A stretch of DNA of 64,000 nucleotides from Macrostomum lignano (taxonomy: Eukaryota): NCBI GenBank assembly GCA_002269645.1, contig NIVC01000671.1:310001-374000 (forward strand). The letters run 5' to 3'. The notes below the pieces were generated by a model, which saw only the letters and a list, made by a program, of their open reading frames with translations, searched no databases and was not told the origin of the DNA. How positions within the stretch are numbered: the first letter of the stretch is position 1; every line of letters begins with the position of its first letter. The position numbers were made by a program, and so were the translations under genes. Positions 1 to 10,960 of the stretch are shown one piece after another.

Positions 1-3000
1 CCGTAAATGGAAACAAAGCTGCTCAGCGTACACTGCGCCTCTATAGCTGCTCCTGTAGGGACAGGGTGAGGTGTGTAGAACGCACGTGGCGCCTATGCTA
101 TATGCAAGTTTTAGATTAGCTGTTTGCAACACAAGCCAGCTGCAAATTGAGAGCCAGTCAGGTCCTGCCGGCTGTTTTTCTTGCCATTGCAGTTCGCAGC
201 GTGACTAGCAGATTTCCTAATAGTTATCTAGTTGCAGGCCTGTGCGTCATGCGACTGCGCCCCCGTGCGGCATGCACACTTCTTTCTCAACTCTATTGTC
301 CACCCATTTCTCTCTATTGCTTGTCAGGCTTTCTTTAGTTAGTTGTGTTGGAATTCTTCAAAATATGTAGATTTGGTGGCCTAATCTGCTGGGAGAGGAA
401 TTTCGTTGATAGGGCTTTTTTAGTGCTGTTTTTTTATCGCCGCCGCCTAGGGGCTTGAAAATGTCACTGTTTTCTCATTGTTGCCCTTGCCACTGTCTTA
501 GCTACGGCTATCAAAACAAACGATGTGGAGGTGGGTGGGATGGGTAGTAGGGAGAGAATTCCCAGGGCTTTGAGGCGACCTTTTCTCCGTATGCCGCATC
601 CTCTACAAGCTCCCTGTCTGTTGCGATGGGAAGAGAATGAAATGAGCTGCCCATTGTTCTTCAGGCCGTACACTGACGCTTCCCTCTTCCCCTTTCAGCT
701 CCCCGTCTGAAAATTTGCCTCATCTCCCGCGCATCTGCCTGTTCGGGTTTTGCTTCATTCAACTAGCTGCTAGGGCTGGCTAAGGCACTTGTTTAGAAAG
801 GCTGCAGTGCACGCGCGAGAGAAGGTGGGCGGGCGATGAACAATGCCCGAGCCTGGGGAGATATTCAGCTTTAGTTAGACGACGAAGCTGGGGAATGAAA
901 CTGGTAGCAAATTGAAGGGCGGGCGGAAGCTAACTTTTACAGAATTAGAATGTAATAATGCCTACAATAGTTGCTGAGCTGCACTAGTTCTATAGCGGAG
1001 TTAAATCCCATGCAAATAACAGTAGCGCTGTTTAAGGCGCACTCCGGATATTGGCGCTAGCAAGCTCTGCTCTATAGTCATGGGGCATTTTTTCTTGCCC
1101 CTCGTGCGGTTTTGTTTCTGTTGATCTAGGTGGCTGCGCTGCCGGCACAACAGCTGTACAGTGTACCCGGCCTCCCGTCATGTCCGCTGTCTGTTAAGAG
1201 TCCTGCTGGGGCGAGTTGCTATCGATCCTGCTCAGCTGTCTCCCTGTCTCCCAGCCCCGCTCCCCTAAAAAGTCTAGAGCTTTTGTTGGGAGGCGCAGGC
1301 TTCTCGAATTTAGACAATAAAGGCGCTTAGCGAATATGACTTGGCAGTTTCGCTCTCTAGCCCAGTCCAGGCAGTGTGTTAAGTCCTTTAGCACCCACTG
1401 GCTGGGGGGGGGCGATTGCTTGTCTACCTTATTTGACTTCAACTTGTATTTAGTAGCCAGGCCGAGTCAGCAGAAACCGGCCCGCCCCTTCCTCCGCCTT
1501 CAAAGTCAAAGCCAGGCGATTTCTTATCTGCAGCCTGGCACACCGCGGCTCCCCTCATGCATGGCCAACCTCCCCCTCCTTGCTCTCTCTCTCTCAAGTG
1601 ACTGAGAAGCTTTGGCTTTGCGCGTTTTTTAGGACCCCCAAGCAGCGCTAGTTACATTTTACTCCCAGCCAGCGCGCGTTCTCTTCTGCTCAGCTCTCGC
1701 GCTTTGCAGTGCCGCGATAGCGAGGGGCAAAATAACTTTTGCTGACTGTAGGCGGCCAAGGCGGAGTTGGGGTTGAAAATTTAACAGATCAGCACAATTT
1801 TTCACAGTCAGCGTTCGTTCACGCACTGCTGCTTCTGGCGCCGAATAACTTTAAACAGCTTTAAACTCCACTTATACTACTGACTAAATCACACACTTGC
1901 GTGTTGAGCGATTAATAAATATTTGAATTGCTACATCAGATGCGCGCAGCAATAATCAGCCAGCTCTATTCTCTCCGCGATTTTAGTTCTGTGCCTTTTT
2001 CTGTCTAGAATAAAATTGCTCTAATCTACATTTATTCAACTATTTTTCAAACCAAAAAATGACCTAATTCTCTTTGGTCTGTCGTTAATTTTTCGCTCTC
2101 GCTCTCTCTCATTATCATTGCTCAATCATTGCTTGACTTCGTAGTCCCCCTGTTAGTCCCTGTCGCCAGTCATATTCTTGAATCGCATGGATTGGTCAAA
2201 TTAAATCTTTTCTGATTGTTATCATTATATGAATATTTTATATCGAAAATCTATTGGTTGTAGAGATCTGCGTTTTTCTGGCGAGTTTAAGCAAAGCAGG
2301 ATTATCTTTTTTTCGACAGATCGGATTGCTGCCATTTACTACTGTTATATAATACTAACTTCTGTTCGTCTGTTCTGTTGTAGTTTTGCATCCTGAATAA
2401 ATTTTTTCATGACCTCGTCAATTATATGGTCAGTAACTGGCATATATTTTACGCTAATTTTTCAGATTCATATCTTGAATTAATTTTATTGGAGTCCCTG
2501 TTCTGCTTTCAGTTCTCTCTTCTCTTTGGGGGAGGGGGGGGGGGGCGGCTTCTAATTTAATTGGCGGGTTCAACTGCCACCCCTCTGTAATCGGGTGGCG
2601 GGATAGATTAACATTTTTACTCTGATTAATCACTGCTTATAATCTACACATGCCTGTTGTTTTGTCATTTGTTCTAGATTTAGCGCATCATAATTCTCAT
2701 AGTTCATAATGCGTCACGTGCTCGGCCTTTAACTGACAATAATTATTGACAAACAAAAAATTCTCTTTTTCAAGTTTGTCACTCCCACAAGCATAAAAAA
2801 ACATTTTTTGTGACTTCTTCTGCGAATATGTGCCACCCCCTTTCTGCATAACTCCTTGTCGCACTCGTAATTAATTGTGTTTTTGTGTTTAATGACCCCA
2901 CACTGCGCATCATATGTGTTATTACTAATTGTTATTTAGCAAGCAAAACTGGCACTAAAAAACTGCGCATGCTTGACAAACAAAAAGCAATTACTATTTG

Positions 3001-4863
3001 TGATCCTTGTTGTAGCTTTAGTCCGTGCGTCGCACTATCATTTTTTATCACTGAGCCGCTGTGGGAGCCTGACAGATTTTGCGGGTGTGCAAAATAGTAG
3101 ATTGCTAGCAATCGGTTTTTGTTGTTGCATAGTTGAAAGCCAAAATATAGTTGCAGGGAACAATAAAATAACAAAGCTGTATGAGTTCATAACCGCCAAT
3201 GCAATGAGTCCACTATCTAGTTCACCAATTGGCACCGGTATAATCTACCTTTTACTATATCCAGGCAAAGAGGGCTTGCACGTTTCTTTTGTCGATCGGC
3301 ATATCAAACAAGTTTGCATTTTTTTCTATGAATGAGAATCGCCTGATCAATAAACAAATTTGATTTAGGCAGTGCGGCGCTCGTCTCATTAAAACCCCCG
3401 TTTTGGTGACGCCTGGTTTAACTGGTTAATTCGTTATATTATTAATTATAAATTTACGCATTGGCGCGTTGGCTTGCCGAGCCCAAGATCGTACATGTTA
3501 CGCTATGCTATACTAGCACACACTACTATATCATTGCGTTTTTCCTCAGTTTTTGTAGTTTTAAACTCTGGTAATTTTGGCTTTTATTTCGCTTAATCCG
3601 CATCGTGTAACTGTGTCACCGATCCCCACGGCACGCTCTTACAACTGTGTCTTAAAAATGAAAACCAAAAATTATTTTCTTTTTTTTGAGACTGGAATCA
3701 AAATCTATCAAAAATGTTTAATTAACAATAATAACAATACACGCGCGGCAATTGAGACACTTGAAGTAAATCGTTTGATACTGGTGCTGAATAAACTAGC
3801 GCATCTTAATTCCTGCTTTTATTTCCTTAAAAAGAAATCTTTCAAGGTCGCCAAGGCCGTCAAGATATCCATCAATCCTTTCGCTAGGAATTAAGAAAGA
3901 GCCTTTCCGAGGTCAAAAGCGAGTACATGTACTGGATTCCGATAGTCTGATATCGTACGATACATTATTGAGCAGTAAAATGTTTTATTCGTTGTGTGCG
4001 GTTCATTCGGTAAATATAGCAAGTTTATAAATCACATGTATAGCTCTTATACTCCGCAACAGCTATTAACCCCCTCACGCTGTCACGAGGCACAACAGTT
4101 AGTTGAGCAATGTCTTTGTGCAGATTTTCTGCTGGGCTGGACACTATTGGGTAGAAATGATAGCTAACTCCATAGAATTACATTACAACAGGTTTGATAT
4201 TTATTCTTTAAAATGTTTCTAGCAAAAGCCAAGCCCGAGTATTGGTGGCGATTAATGCAAATGCATATAGTGTGTCAGTGTGATTGTCTGACTTCAATTC
4301 TAACCGCGCTGACACAAGCTAATTGGTATATAATCGAATACTGTATTATTATTAATATGTACACGAATACGAATCAGTATAATTTGATGTGAACAAGTTG
4401 GAAGTTGCAGGTCACATCATAAAATAATTGTCGAGCAGTTTAATTTTAATCATTTACTTGTAGTAGTAAAATATGTGTTTGTAACTCTATGCCGTAGGAG
4501 TCGTGAAATGCTGTTATGTTCATGTACGCATGAGGTAGTTACTAATTCAGCTAGGATTTTTATAATTATATGAAAAAATAGATATTTGTTAATAACGTCA
4601 AGTAGCTAAGGAGGGAAATATTGAGTTGACCGCCGTAGGACTTAAAGATTAGTATATGATTCTGAGATGAAACCAGGTTCGTTGAACGATTTTCATTTGG
4701 TAGGCCTAACAAAAAGGATGTATATTTTGCCAAATAAGTTCCTTCCGTAACTTTATTTGTGTTCTCAAACGTGCTATAGCTGAAAGAAAAAAACCACCAA
4801 TTGTTTGTTTTAGTTGGAACAAGCCTACTTTGAAATTCGAATCCGGGGTCTCCTTAAAGTTTA

Positions 4864-5165
4864 CACGCTCCGCACCGCCCCGCAGCGCCACACATTAAAA
4901 CAAATTTGACTATAACTGAAGACATTTCAAAATACGTTTTTTGTAGGCTTTAATTTTTTATTAAATTATGTTTTTTAGTTTAAAATATAAAATTCGGTGA
5001 ATAATAAGTGATATTAATAATAATATTAATAAAATAATAATAATTAAAATATTGATTAAAGTTATTTATTCTATTACTCTTACAACAAATAGTTTTCTCT
5101 ACAATCAAATACTGCATTGACAAAAATGTTATAATGTGTAGCGGTTCGGGGCGGTGCGGTGCGTG
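4864..5165. mobile_element. MITE-like element, ~50-bp imperfect terminal inverted repeats around an AT-rich core
   Basis: The left end CACGCTCCGCACCGCCCCGCAGCGCCACACATTAAAACAAATTTGAC aligns with the reverse complement of the right end (CACGCACCGCACCGCCCCGAACCGCTACACATTATAACATTTTTGTC). No clear TSD. Confidence 0.6.
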
Positions 5166-5373
5166 CGCCCCCTTCTATTGAGCCAAGTATTTACTGCATT
5201 TTTGTTAATATAATGCAGCACTTAAACTTTGCCAATTGTTTATCTGTGATCTACTGAATACTTTTACTCTTGTTTGAAGCTAGCTGCCTTTAAAAATAGT
5301 TATATTGCTAATTTTGCCGATTTTTTCATATCATTATACTAATAGTAACAACAGCTAGACAGGTGCTGTTTCT

Positions 5374-6290
5374 GGGTCGCCATCATAAGCTCGAAAAATC
5401 ACATCGTCGAAAACAAGGCTCCATCACAAGCTCGAAAAGTCACAAGCTCGAAAAATCACATCGTCGAAAGTTTAGCAAACATCATCACAAGCTCGAAAAG
5501 ACACAAGCTCTAACCCTAACCCCAAGGCACTAACCCTAACCCCTAAGGCACAAGTACCCTAGCCTAACCCTTGAACCATAACCCTAAGGCACTAACTCTA
5601 ACCCCAACCCTAACCTAACCCTAAACCCTAACTTAAAGGCACAAGTTCTAACCCCGACCCTAACCATAAACCCTAACCCTAAGGCACAAGCTCTAACCCT
5701 AACCCTAAGGCACAAGCTCTAACCATAACCCTAAGGCACAAGCTCTAACCCTAACCCTAAGGCACAAGCTCTAACCCTAACCCTAAGGCACAAGCTCTAA
5801 CCCTAACCCTAAGGCACAAGCTCTAACCCTAACCCTAAGGCACAAGCTCTAACCATAACCCTAAGTCACAAGCTCTAACCCTAACCCTAAGGCACAAGCT
5901 CTAACCCTAACCCTAAGGCACAAGCTCTAACCCTAACCCTAAGGCACAAGCTCTAACCCTAACCCTAAGGCACAAGCTCTAACCCTAACCCTAAGGCACA
6001 AGCTCTAACCCTAACCCTAAGGCACAAGCTCTAACCCTAACCCTAAGGCACAAGCTCTAACCCTAACCCTAAGGCACAAGCTCTAACCCTAACCCTAAGG
6101 CACAAGCTCTAACCCTAACCCTAAGGCACAAGCTCTAACCCTAACCCTAAGGCACAAGCTCTAACCCTAACCCTAAGGCACAAGCTCTAACCCTAACCCT
6201 AAGGCACAAGCTCTAACCCTAACCCTATTCGAGCTTGTGATGGTGGATGCTTTTCGACGATGTGATTTTTCGAGCTTGTGATGGGCCCCC
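5374..6290. mobile_element. Non-autonomous TIR DNA transposon (917 bp) with 8-bp TSD and internal telomere-like array
   Basis: 40-bp TIRs match at 36/40 positions (5374-5413 vs 6251-6290). CTGTTTCT is duplicated at 5366-5373 and 6291-6298. The paralogous segment has a single CTGTTTCT at 9683-9690 with no insert. Confidence 0.9.
5500..6228 (+). repeat. 26-bp tandem array GGCACAAGCTCTAACCCTAACCCTAA containing (CCCTAA)2, ~21 regular units plus a degenerate 5' part
   Basis: Read directly; regular from ~5680 and degenerate at 5500-5680. Confidence 0.95.
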
Positions 6291-6517
6291 CTGTTTCTCT
6301 GTTCAAGGAATATATATTTAATAAATCGCAAAAATTTCATTAGAATCTTTGTGAGTATTAAAACATGTGAGTATTGTCGCGTGTGAGTAGTTACTGGCTT
6401 ATTTGTTGTTTAAAGTAATTTGCAAATACATTAAGTGCATTATGTATAAATATTCATACCGAGTCTACATGTAGTTAACAATAGTTGGACCGATTCCTAA
6501 ACGAGTTGACAGCCCAA

Positions 6518-6684
6518 TTACTGCCTGCAGCTGATGGCGGCCAGATCGGCAGCTGGCAGCAGCAGCCAGGAGAGGCCGCTCAGTCGACCACCGGAGTTGC
6601 ACAGGTTTCCTTTGGCAACAGTGCTGCCCATTGCCGCTGGAGTCCATGGCACTGGCGGCTGACCAAGCTCGATACTTTGCTTTT
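6518..6684 (-). pseudogene. Ly6/uPAR pseudogene: frameshifted paralog of the last exon of the gene at 7940-8632
   Basis: The acceptor context is homologous to 8135-8165. It reads KSKVSSLVSRQC / MDSSGNGQHCC / LCNSGGRLSGLSWLLLPAADLAAISCRQ* across two frameshifts and a deletion (167 nt vs 195 nt). No intact upstream exons were recognised. Confidence 0.8.
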
Positions 6685-7055
6685 CTGTAATTGTAGTTTA
6701 GCGTCACGATTTTGTCCTTTATTGCATTGCTGCGCTAATCACAAACTGGCCATCAGCAGAAGGATTAACCAACATTTATTTCATTTGACAGTTGAATTAG
6801 GACTCGTTAAACGGTTTCGACAGGATGAAAATTGTTTCTCCGACTCAGATCGATCGGCTTCCTCTTTCTCTCTCTCTCCCTCTCACTCTCTCTTGGTCTC
6901 TCTCACGCTCTCTCTCGGTTTTGGGCGTAGTCGATCGGTATTCCTTCTTGTGGGGTTGCCAGTAGTACATGTAGTAAGGAGCGACAGCAATATGGGACGC
7001 CAGCATCTTGAAGCGCCAGTACATGTACATGTAATGTATACCAGTCTCCATAATT

Positions 7056-7125
7056 GAGGGGCGCCAGTAATGAGCGCTAGAATTGAAGGGCGCCAGTAAT
7101 GAGCGCTAGAATTGAGGGGCGCCAG
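7056..7125. repeat. Short 29-bp tandem repeat (GGGCGCCAGTAATGAGCGCTAGAATTGAG), ~2.5 copies
   Basis: Read directly. Confidence 0.7.
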
Positions 7126-7939
7126 AACTACTCGAGGCACCATTGTAATGAGTAGATATAATTTTAATCAATTTGTGGTCTACGAGAATTGACGCTCAGA
7201 ATTTGCCAATCTGACAAATTTTTATTCTTGCATCTTAACTGTTACAATTATCAACAAACAATTTTTTGTATATGGACTTTAGAGATTTAGTATAGTTGGA
7301 TAGAATATGCAGTAATGCTCGAAAGATGATAAGGAGTTCAGCTTCAATACCAATGAAAATATAATGCGAGCGTAGATCACGTGACTGGAGTTAAAAGAGA
7401 AAATAGCCGTGTTCCGGTTGGCTTCAGCCAAAGTGGAGCGAACCATCTTTTACGTTAATACGCGACCTGTCTACTATTAGTAGCTAGTACTCGTACGTAT
7501 AACATTTTTTGTCATCAGGCCCGAGTTTGATTTAATTATTTCACCAATAATAATAAATTGAATATCCCGCACCCCCTGTTCCAAACTAGCCCACATATTT
7601 TGGAAAAGGTATTAAAGATAATACATTACCAATACCATAATATTATTATTATACATAATGTCTTACTTTTAATTTGCCTCTGAGAAAAGAAATGTAAATT
7701 TCTCAACAAGACACCAAATTTTTTAATTAAAAAATTATAAAAAAATTCTTCTCTATATTTTATTTTTATTTTCCAAAAGCTGTTGATATTCAGGGGAGAA
7801 TATAATTTATCGTTATGGATTAAATAAAGTGTCAATACAGTATGCTTTATATATATTATATATAGATACAGTCTCATGTTGTTAACATCAGTTGTAGAAG
7901 TTCATGATGAGTGTTTCCAAGGTCAGGTTGGCAGCCCAA

Positions 7940-8632
7940 TTACTGCAGCCTACAGCTGATGGCGGCCAGGGCGGCGGCTGGCAGCAGCAGCAGCAGCCAG
8001 GAGAGGCCGCGCAGGCGCTCACCGGAGTTGCACAGGTTGGTGCGGCAGCAGTGCTGCCCGTTGGCGTCCGAGTCCACGACATGAAGGCATGTGTCGCTGC
8101 ACGTGCGGGTGACAAGGTTGAGTAATTTAACTTTCTGCAATTGGAGTTCAGCGTCACGAGTTCGCCCTACATCAATACTTGTTGCAAACTGCTATTGATA
8201 AAATCTACAGCGAGAACTCACCCCGCAGTAGGTGCAGCCGGTCACTGCGGACACTTCGCTGCTTTTGAAAGTCTCACTGCACAGTGTGCAGGTGTAGCAA
8301 CTGATGGCCTCAGCGGTCAGCATGGAGGCTGCGGTATTTCAACGGGGAGAATTAAAAAAGATTAGATTACTCATACCATATAGATTGCTAAGCTACAATA
8401 CCTGCATCAGGGACAACTGTGTTTTGGTCTGCTAGTCACGGCTCGAATATATGTCACATGAGCACGTAGATAGCTATAGCTGGCAACTAAGGCGCTTGTA
8501 GCTAAAAGCGAATAGAAATCAATAGGCCTTCAAGTTTTTTCTGCATGAATTGAGGCGTTTCTTGTCCCCCTTTCTAGTTGTCCCTGACCTGCATTTACCT
8601 CCGAGCACAAGCAGTAGCAGGGCGACGCGCAT
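7940..8632 (-). CDS. GPI-anchored Ly6/uPAR (LU, three-finger; CD59/quiver-like) protein, 111 aa; exons 8632-8599, 8328-8222, 8134-7940
   Basis: GT-AG introns with phases 1 and 0 give MRVALLLLVLGASMLTAEA-ISCYTCTLC...GCTYCG-KVK...TRTCSDTC...HCCRTNLCN-SGERLRGLSWLLLLLPAAALAAISCRLQ*. This has a signal peptide, 10 Cys, a terminal CCxxxLCN motif and a hydrophobic GPI-type tail. Confidence 0.92.
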
Positions 8633-8735
8633 TCTGTGGCAGGTGCAACAGCGAACGGCAAAATATGGCTATGGAATTGAAGGCTGTTTGAAGCTCGGCT
8701 TGGCTGGGTGCCGTTGCCGCTCAGCGCGGGAGTAG

Positions 8736-8745
8736 TTATATATAC
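8736..8745 (-). promoter_or_regulatory. Putative TATA box of the Ly6 gene
   Basis: GTATATATAA on the minus strand in GC-rich context, ~105 bp upstream of the ATG. Confidence 0.45.
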
Positions 8746-9479
8746 CTCGCAGCTCCAGAGGTTGCTATGGAGCTGCGAGGGGTTGGTTGCAAGATTCAAG
8801 CATCTGCTTCTAAAGGTTGCAGAGAGGCGGGGGATGGCCCCAGCTTTCTGTTACGCAGTTTTCTAATTGTCCTATCGGCTTGGCATTCTATTTTCAAAAG
8901 AATTTGACGCAGTCGCTTGCTAATACGAGCCAACTCAGATTCGGACTCGTCTACAGAATCCGTGAGACTATAAAAACTTATTTAGTCCCACGCAGGGGTA
9001 AAAGCAGGCGCCTCATCAAGCAAAAATACAGAAGCGATAGCTAAGGTTTCGCGGGCTCGCCTTGCTAGGCGGCGTTCTATCTCTAGCTTATTGTGTGCAC
9101 TAGGAAAGCCATAAAACCCAGAATCTCTAGCCAAAACGAAAGGCTCCAAAAACTCTCCGGCATGGATTCTGTATGCACACGCATTCAAAAAGACAATTTC
9201 TTGGGCCAATGCTCCTGAAAATTTTGGCTCTGAAAACAGCACACCGCGTGTCTATTTAACAGGGCTTCAACTACCCCAGAGGGTCCTCAGCACCGACTTG
9301 GGGCTGCTCCGCTGCTCAGCGGGGAGGGGGTTGGTGACAGTTGGATTCGGAAAGTTAATTGCACGAGCAGAGCCAAGCCGAGATTCCAATTAATAGCCCC
9401 AAATTAATGTGGACTGCACTTGGAATCGAGCCTGGGCCGCTGGCACCTCAGAGCGCCGCGCTTGACTACTGGGCTACGC

Positions 9480-9833
9480 CCCCTTCTACCTCGTATTGAG
9501 CCAAGTATTTATTGCATTTTTATTAATATAATGCAGCACTCGCACTTTGCCAACTGTTTATCTGTCTGTGATCTACTGAATAATTTTACTTCTGTTTTAA
9601 GCTGCCTTTAATAAAAACAGTTATTGCTAATTTTGCCGATTCTTTCATATCACATTATACTAATAGTAGCATCAGAAAGGTGCTGTTTCTCTGTTTTAGG
9701 TTTGTATATTTAATAAATCGCAAGAATTTAATTAGAATCTTTGTGAGTAATAAAATTGTAGCACGTGAGTAGTTATTGGCGTATTTGTTCTTTAAATAAT
9801 ACGCATTAAGTGCGTATTTATAAATATTCGTAC
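9480..9833. repeat. Duplicated segment paralogous to 5166-5373 plus 6299-6460 (3' flank of a Ly6 copy)
   Basis: Collinear similarity from CCCCCTTCTA..TTGAGCCAAGTATTTA through TAAATATTC(G/A)TAC. It ends exactly where the LTR begins. Confidence 0.85.
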
Positions 9834-10960
9834 TGTAAGGTTGTGTTTGGTTTGGGCCGTCGGGGGTGGGTGCTGCTCTATTAGTATATGTACTTGCATC
9901 TCGCTCTCTTCTCTGTGCATGCCCGCCACCCCAGTTGGGTGAGTCACTTTAATCGATCTATTATCGCCGACTATTCAATCGGTCCTAAATTATCGTGGAT
10001 GAAAATATACTTTGTAATTTTACTGTAAAAGTCTCGTCTCTTACATTGGTGGCAGCAAGAGCCCAGTGCAAGTGCACTAATGGCCAAGAACACGTACCTT
10101 CTACCGCCAAAGTTCAGTGGAACAGACGGCACTGACGTGAGAAAGTGGCTGCGCATCTTTGAGGATTTCGCCAACGATGCGAAATGGGACGACGCGACCT
10201 CAGCGTCGAAGGTGAAGCTGCTGCTCACGGGAGAAGCCCAACTGGTCGTCTGGGACCTAGCCGAGACAAGACAAAATAGTTTTAAAAGTATAAAGGAGGA
10301 CCTCACAAAGTTTTATGGAGGCAAAGCCGACAGCTTTAAGGCCATGAGCGACTTCTACGCAAGGAAACGTGGAGGTGCCGAGACACTGCGTGAGCTCTGC
10401 TTCAACCTGAAGCTGCTACACCAGAAAGCCAGACCAGAGGACTCAATTGCTCAGCGAAACCGAGATGTGCGCTTCAAGCTTCTGCAGCTGCTCGAGGCCG
10501 ACATTCGTGACAACCTGCTTAAGGCAGAGAACGCAGAGACCTGCAGCCTGGAGACTCTGCTGCAGTGGGCGACTCAGCTGAAGGAGCTGGCTGGGCGACA
10601 GTCGTGGCGGCAGTAGGAGCTGTCGGCACTACTTCAGCAGCCGGACCGGGCGAGGACCGCCTGGACCGACTGGAGAAATGCACGGAGGAGCTCATCGCGA
10701 GGGTCAGTGTGCAGTTTGTTATCTACACTCGGTGTCACCGTTGAATTGCCTTGAAAGAGCTAGACGTTCGCTGCGAGCTGAAGCCGGCAGATGTCAGGCC
10801 TGTGTCCGTGGACGCTCCATTCTCGAGCTGTTGGGAAGCGTGAGCATTGCATTGCGTGGGATCCTTGGCCCGCGGCCCTACCCCGCCCGGCCCCTAGCCC
10901 CATGCAGCCAGCCAGGGCCATGGCCAGGGGGTTCGATCATCATCTGCCATATCGTCATCT
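9834..10960 (+). mobile_element. Truncated Ty3/Gypsy LTR retrotransposon: 212-bp 5' LTR (9834-10045), PBS (10047-10056), gag, no pol or 3' LTR
   Basis: The LTR is bounded by TGTAAG...CTTACA. The PBS TGGTGGCAGC is complementary to the 3' end of tRNA-Leu(AAG/TAG). A gag ORF follows, and a degenerate zinc-knuckle-like stretch (SxGKREH) lies near 10820-10870. Confidence 0.85.
10080..10616 (+). CDS. gag: Gypsy-type Gag capsid ORF (178 aa), frameshifted near its end
   Basis: PPKFSGTDGTDVRKWLRIFEDFANDAKWDD...KVKLLLTGEAQ and RKRGGAETLRELCFNLKLL fit retrotransposon capsid motifs. A gag-like continuation (VAAVGAV...EDRLDRLEK) resumes in another frame after ~10600. Confidence 0.8.
   Translation: MAKNTYLLPPKFSGTDGTDVRKWLRIFEDFANDAKWDDATSASKVKLLLTGEAQLVVWDLAETRQNSFKSIKEDLTKFYGGKADSFKAMSDFYARKRGGAETLRELCFNLKLLHQKARPEDSIAQRNRDVRFKLLQLLEADIRDNLLKAENAETCSLETLLQWATQLKELAGRQSWRQ

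Noticed and set aside
1020-1740. Partial inverted similarity (TTGCCCCTCG at ~1096 / CGAGGGGCAA at ~1721)
   Set aside because: The match is only ~10-15 bp and neighbouring motifs are not in inverted order, so element boundaries cannot be supported.
2885-3894. Cluster of short hydrophobic ORFs on both strands
   Set aside because: AT-rich composition, no recognisable domain and no consistent splice structure.
5500-6228. Chromosome end or true telomere
   Set aside because: CCCTAA occurs only as doublets within a 26-bp unit that is enclosed by TIRs and a TSD, with unique sequence on both sides.
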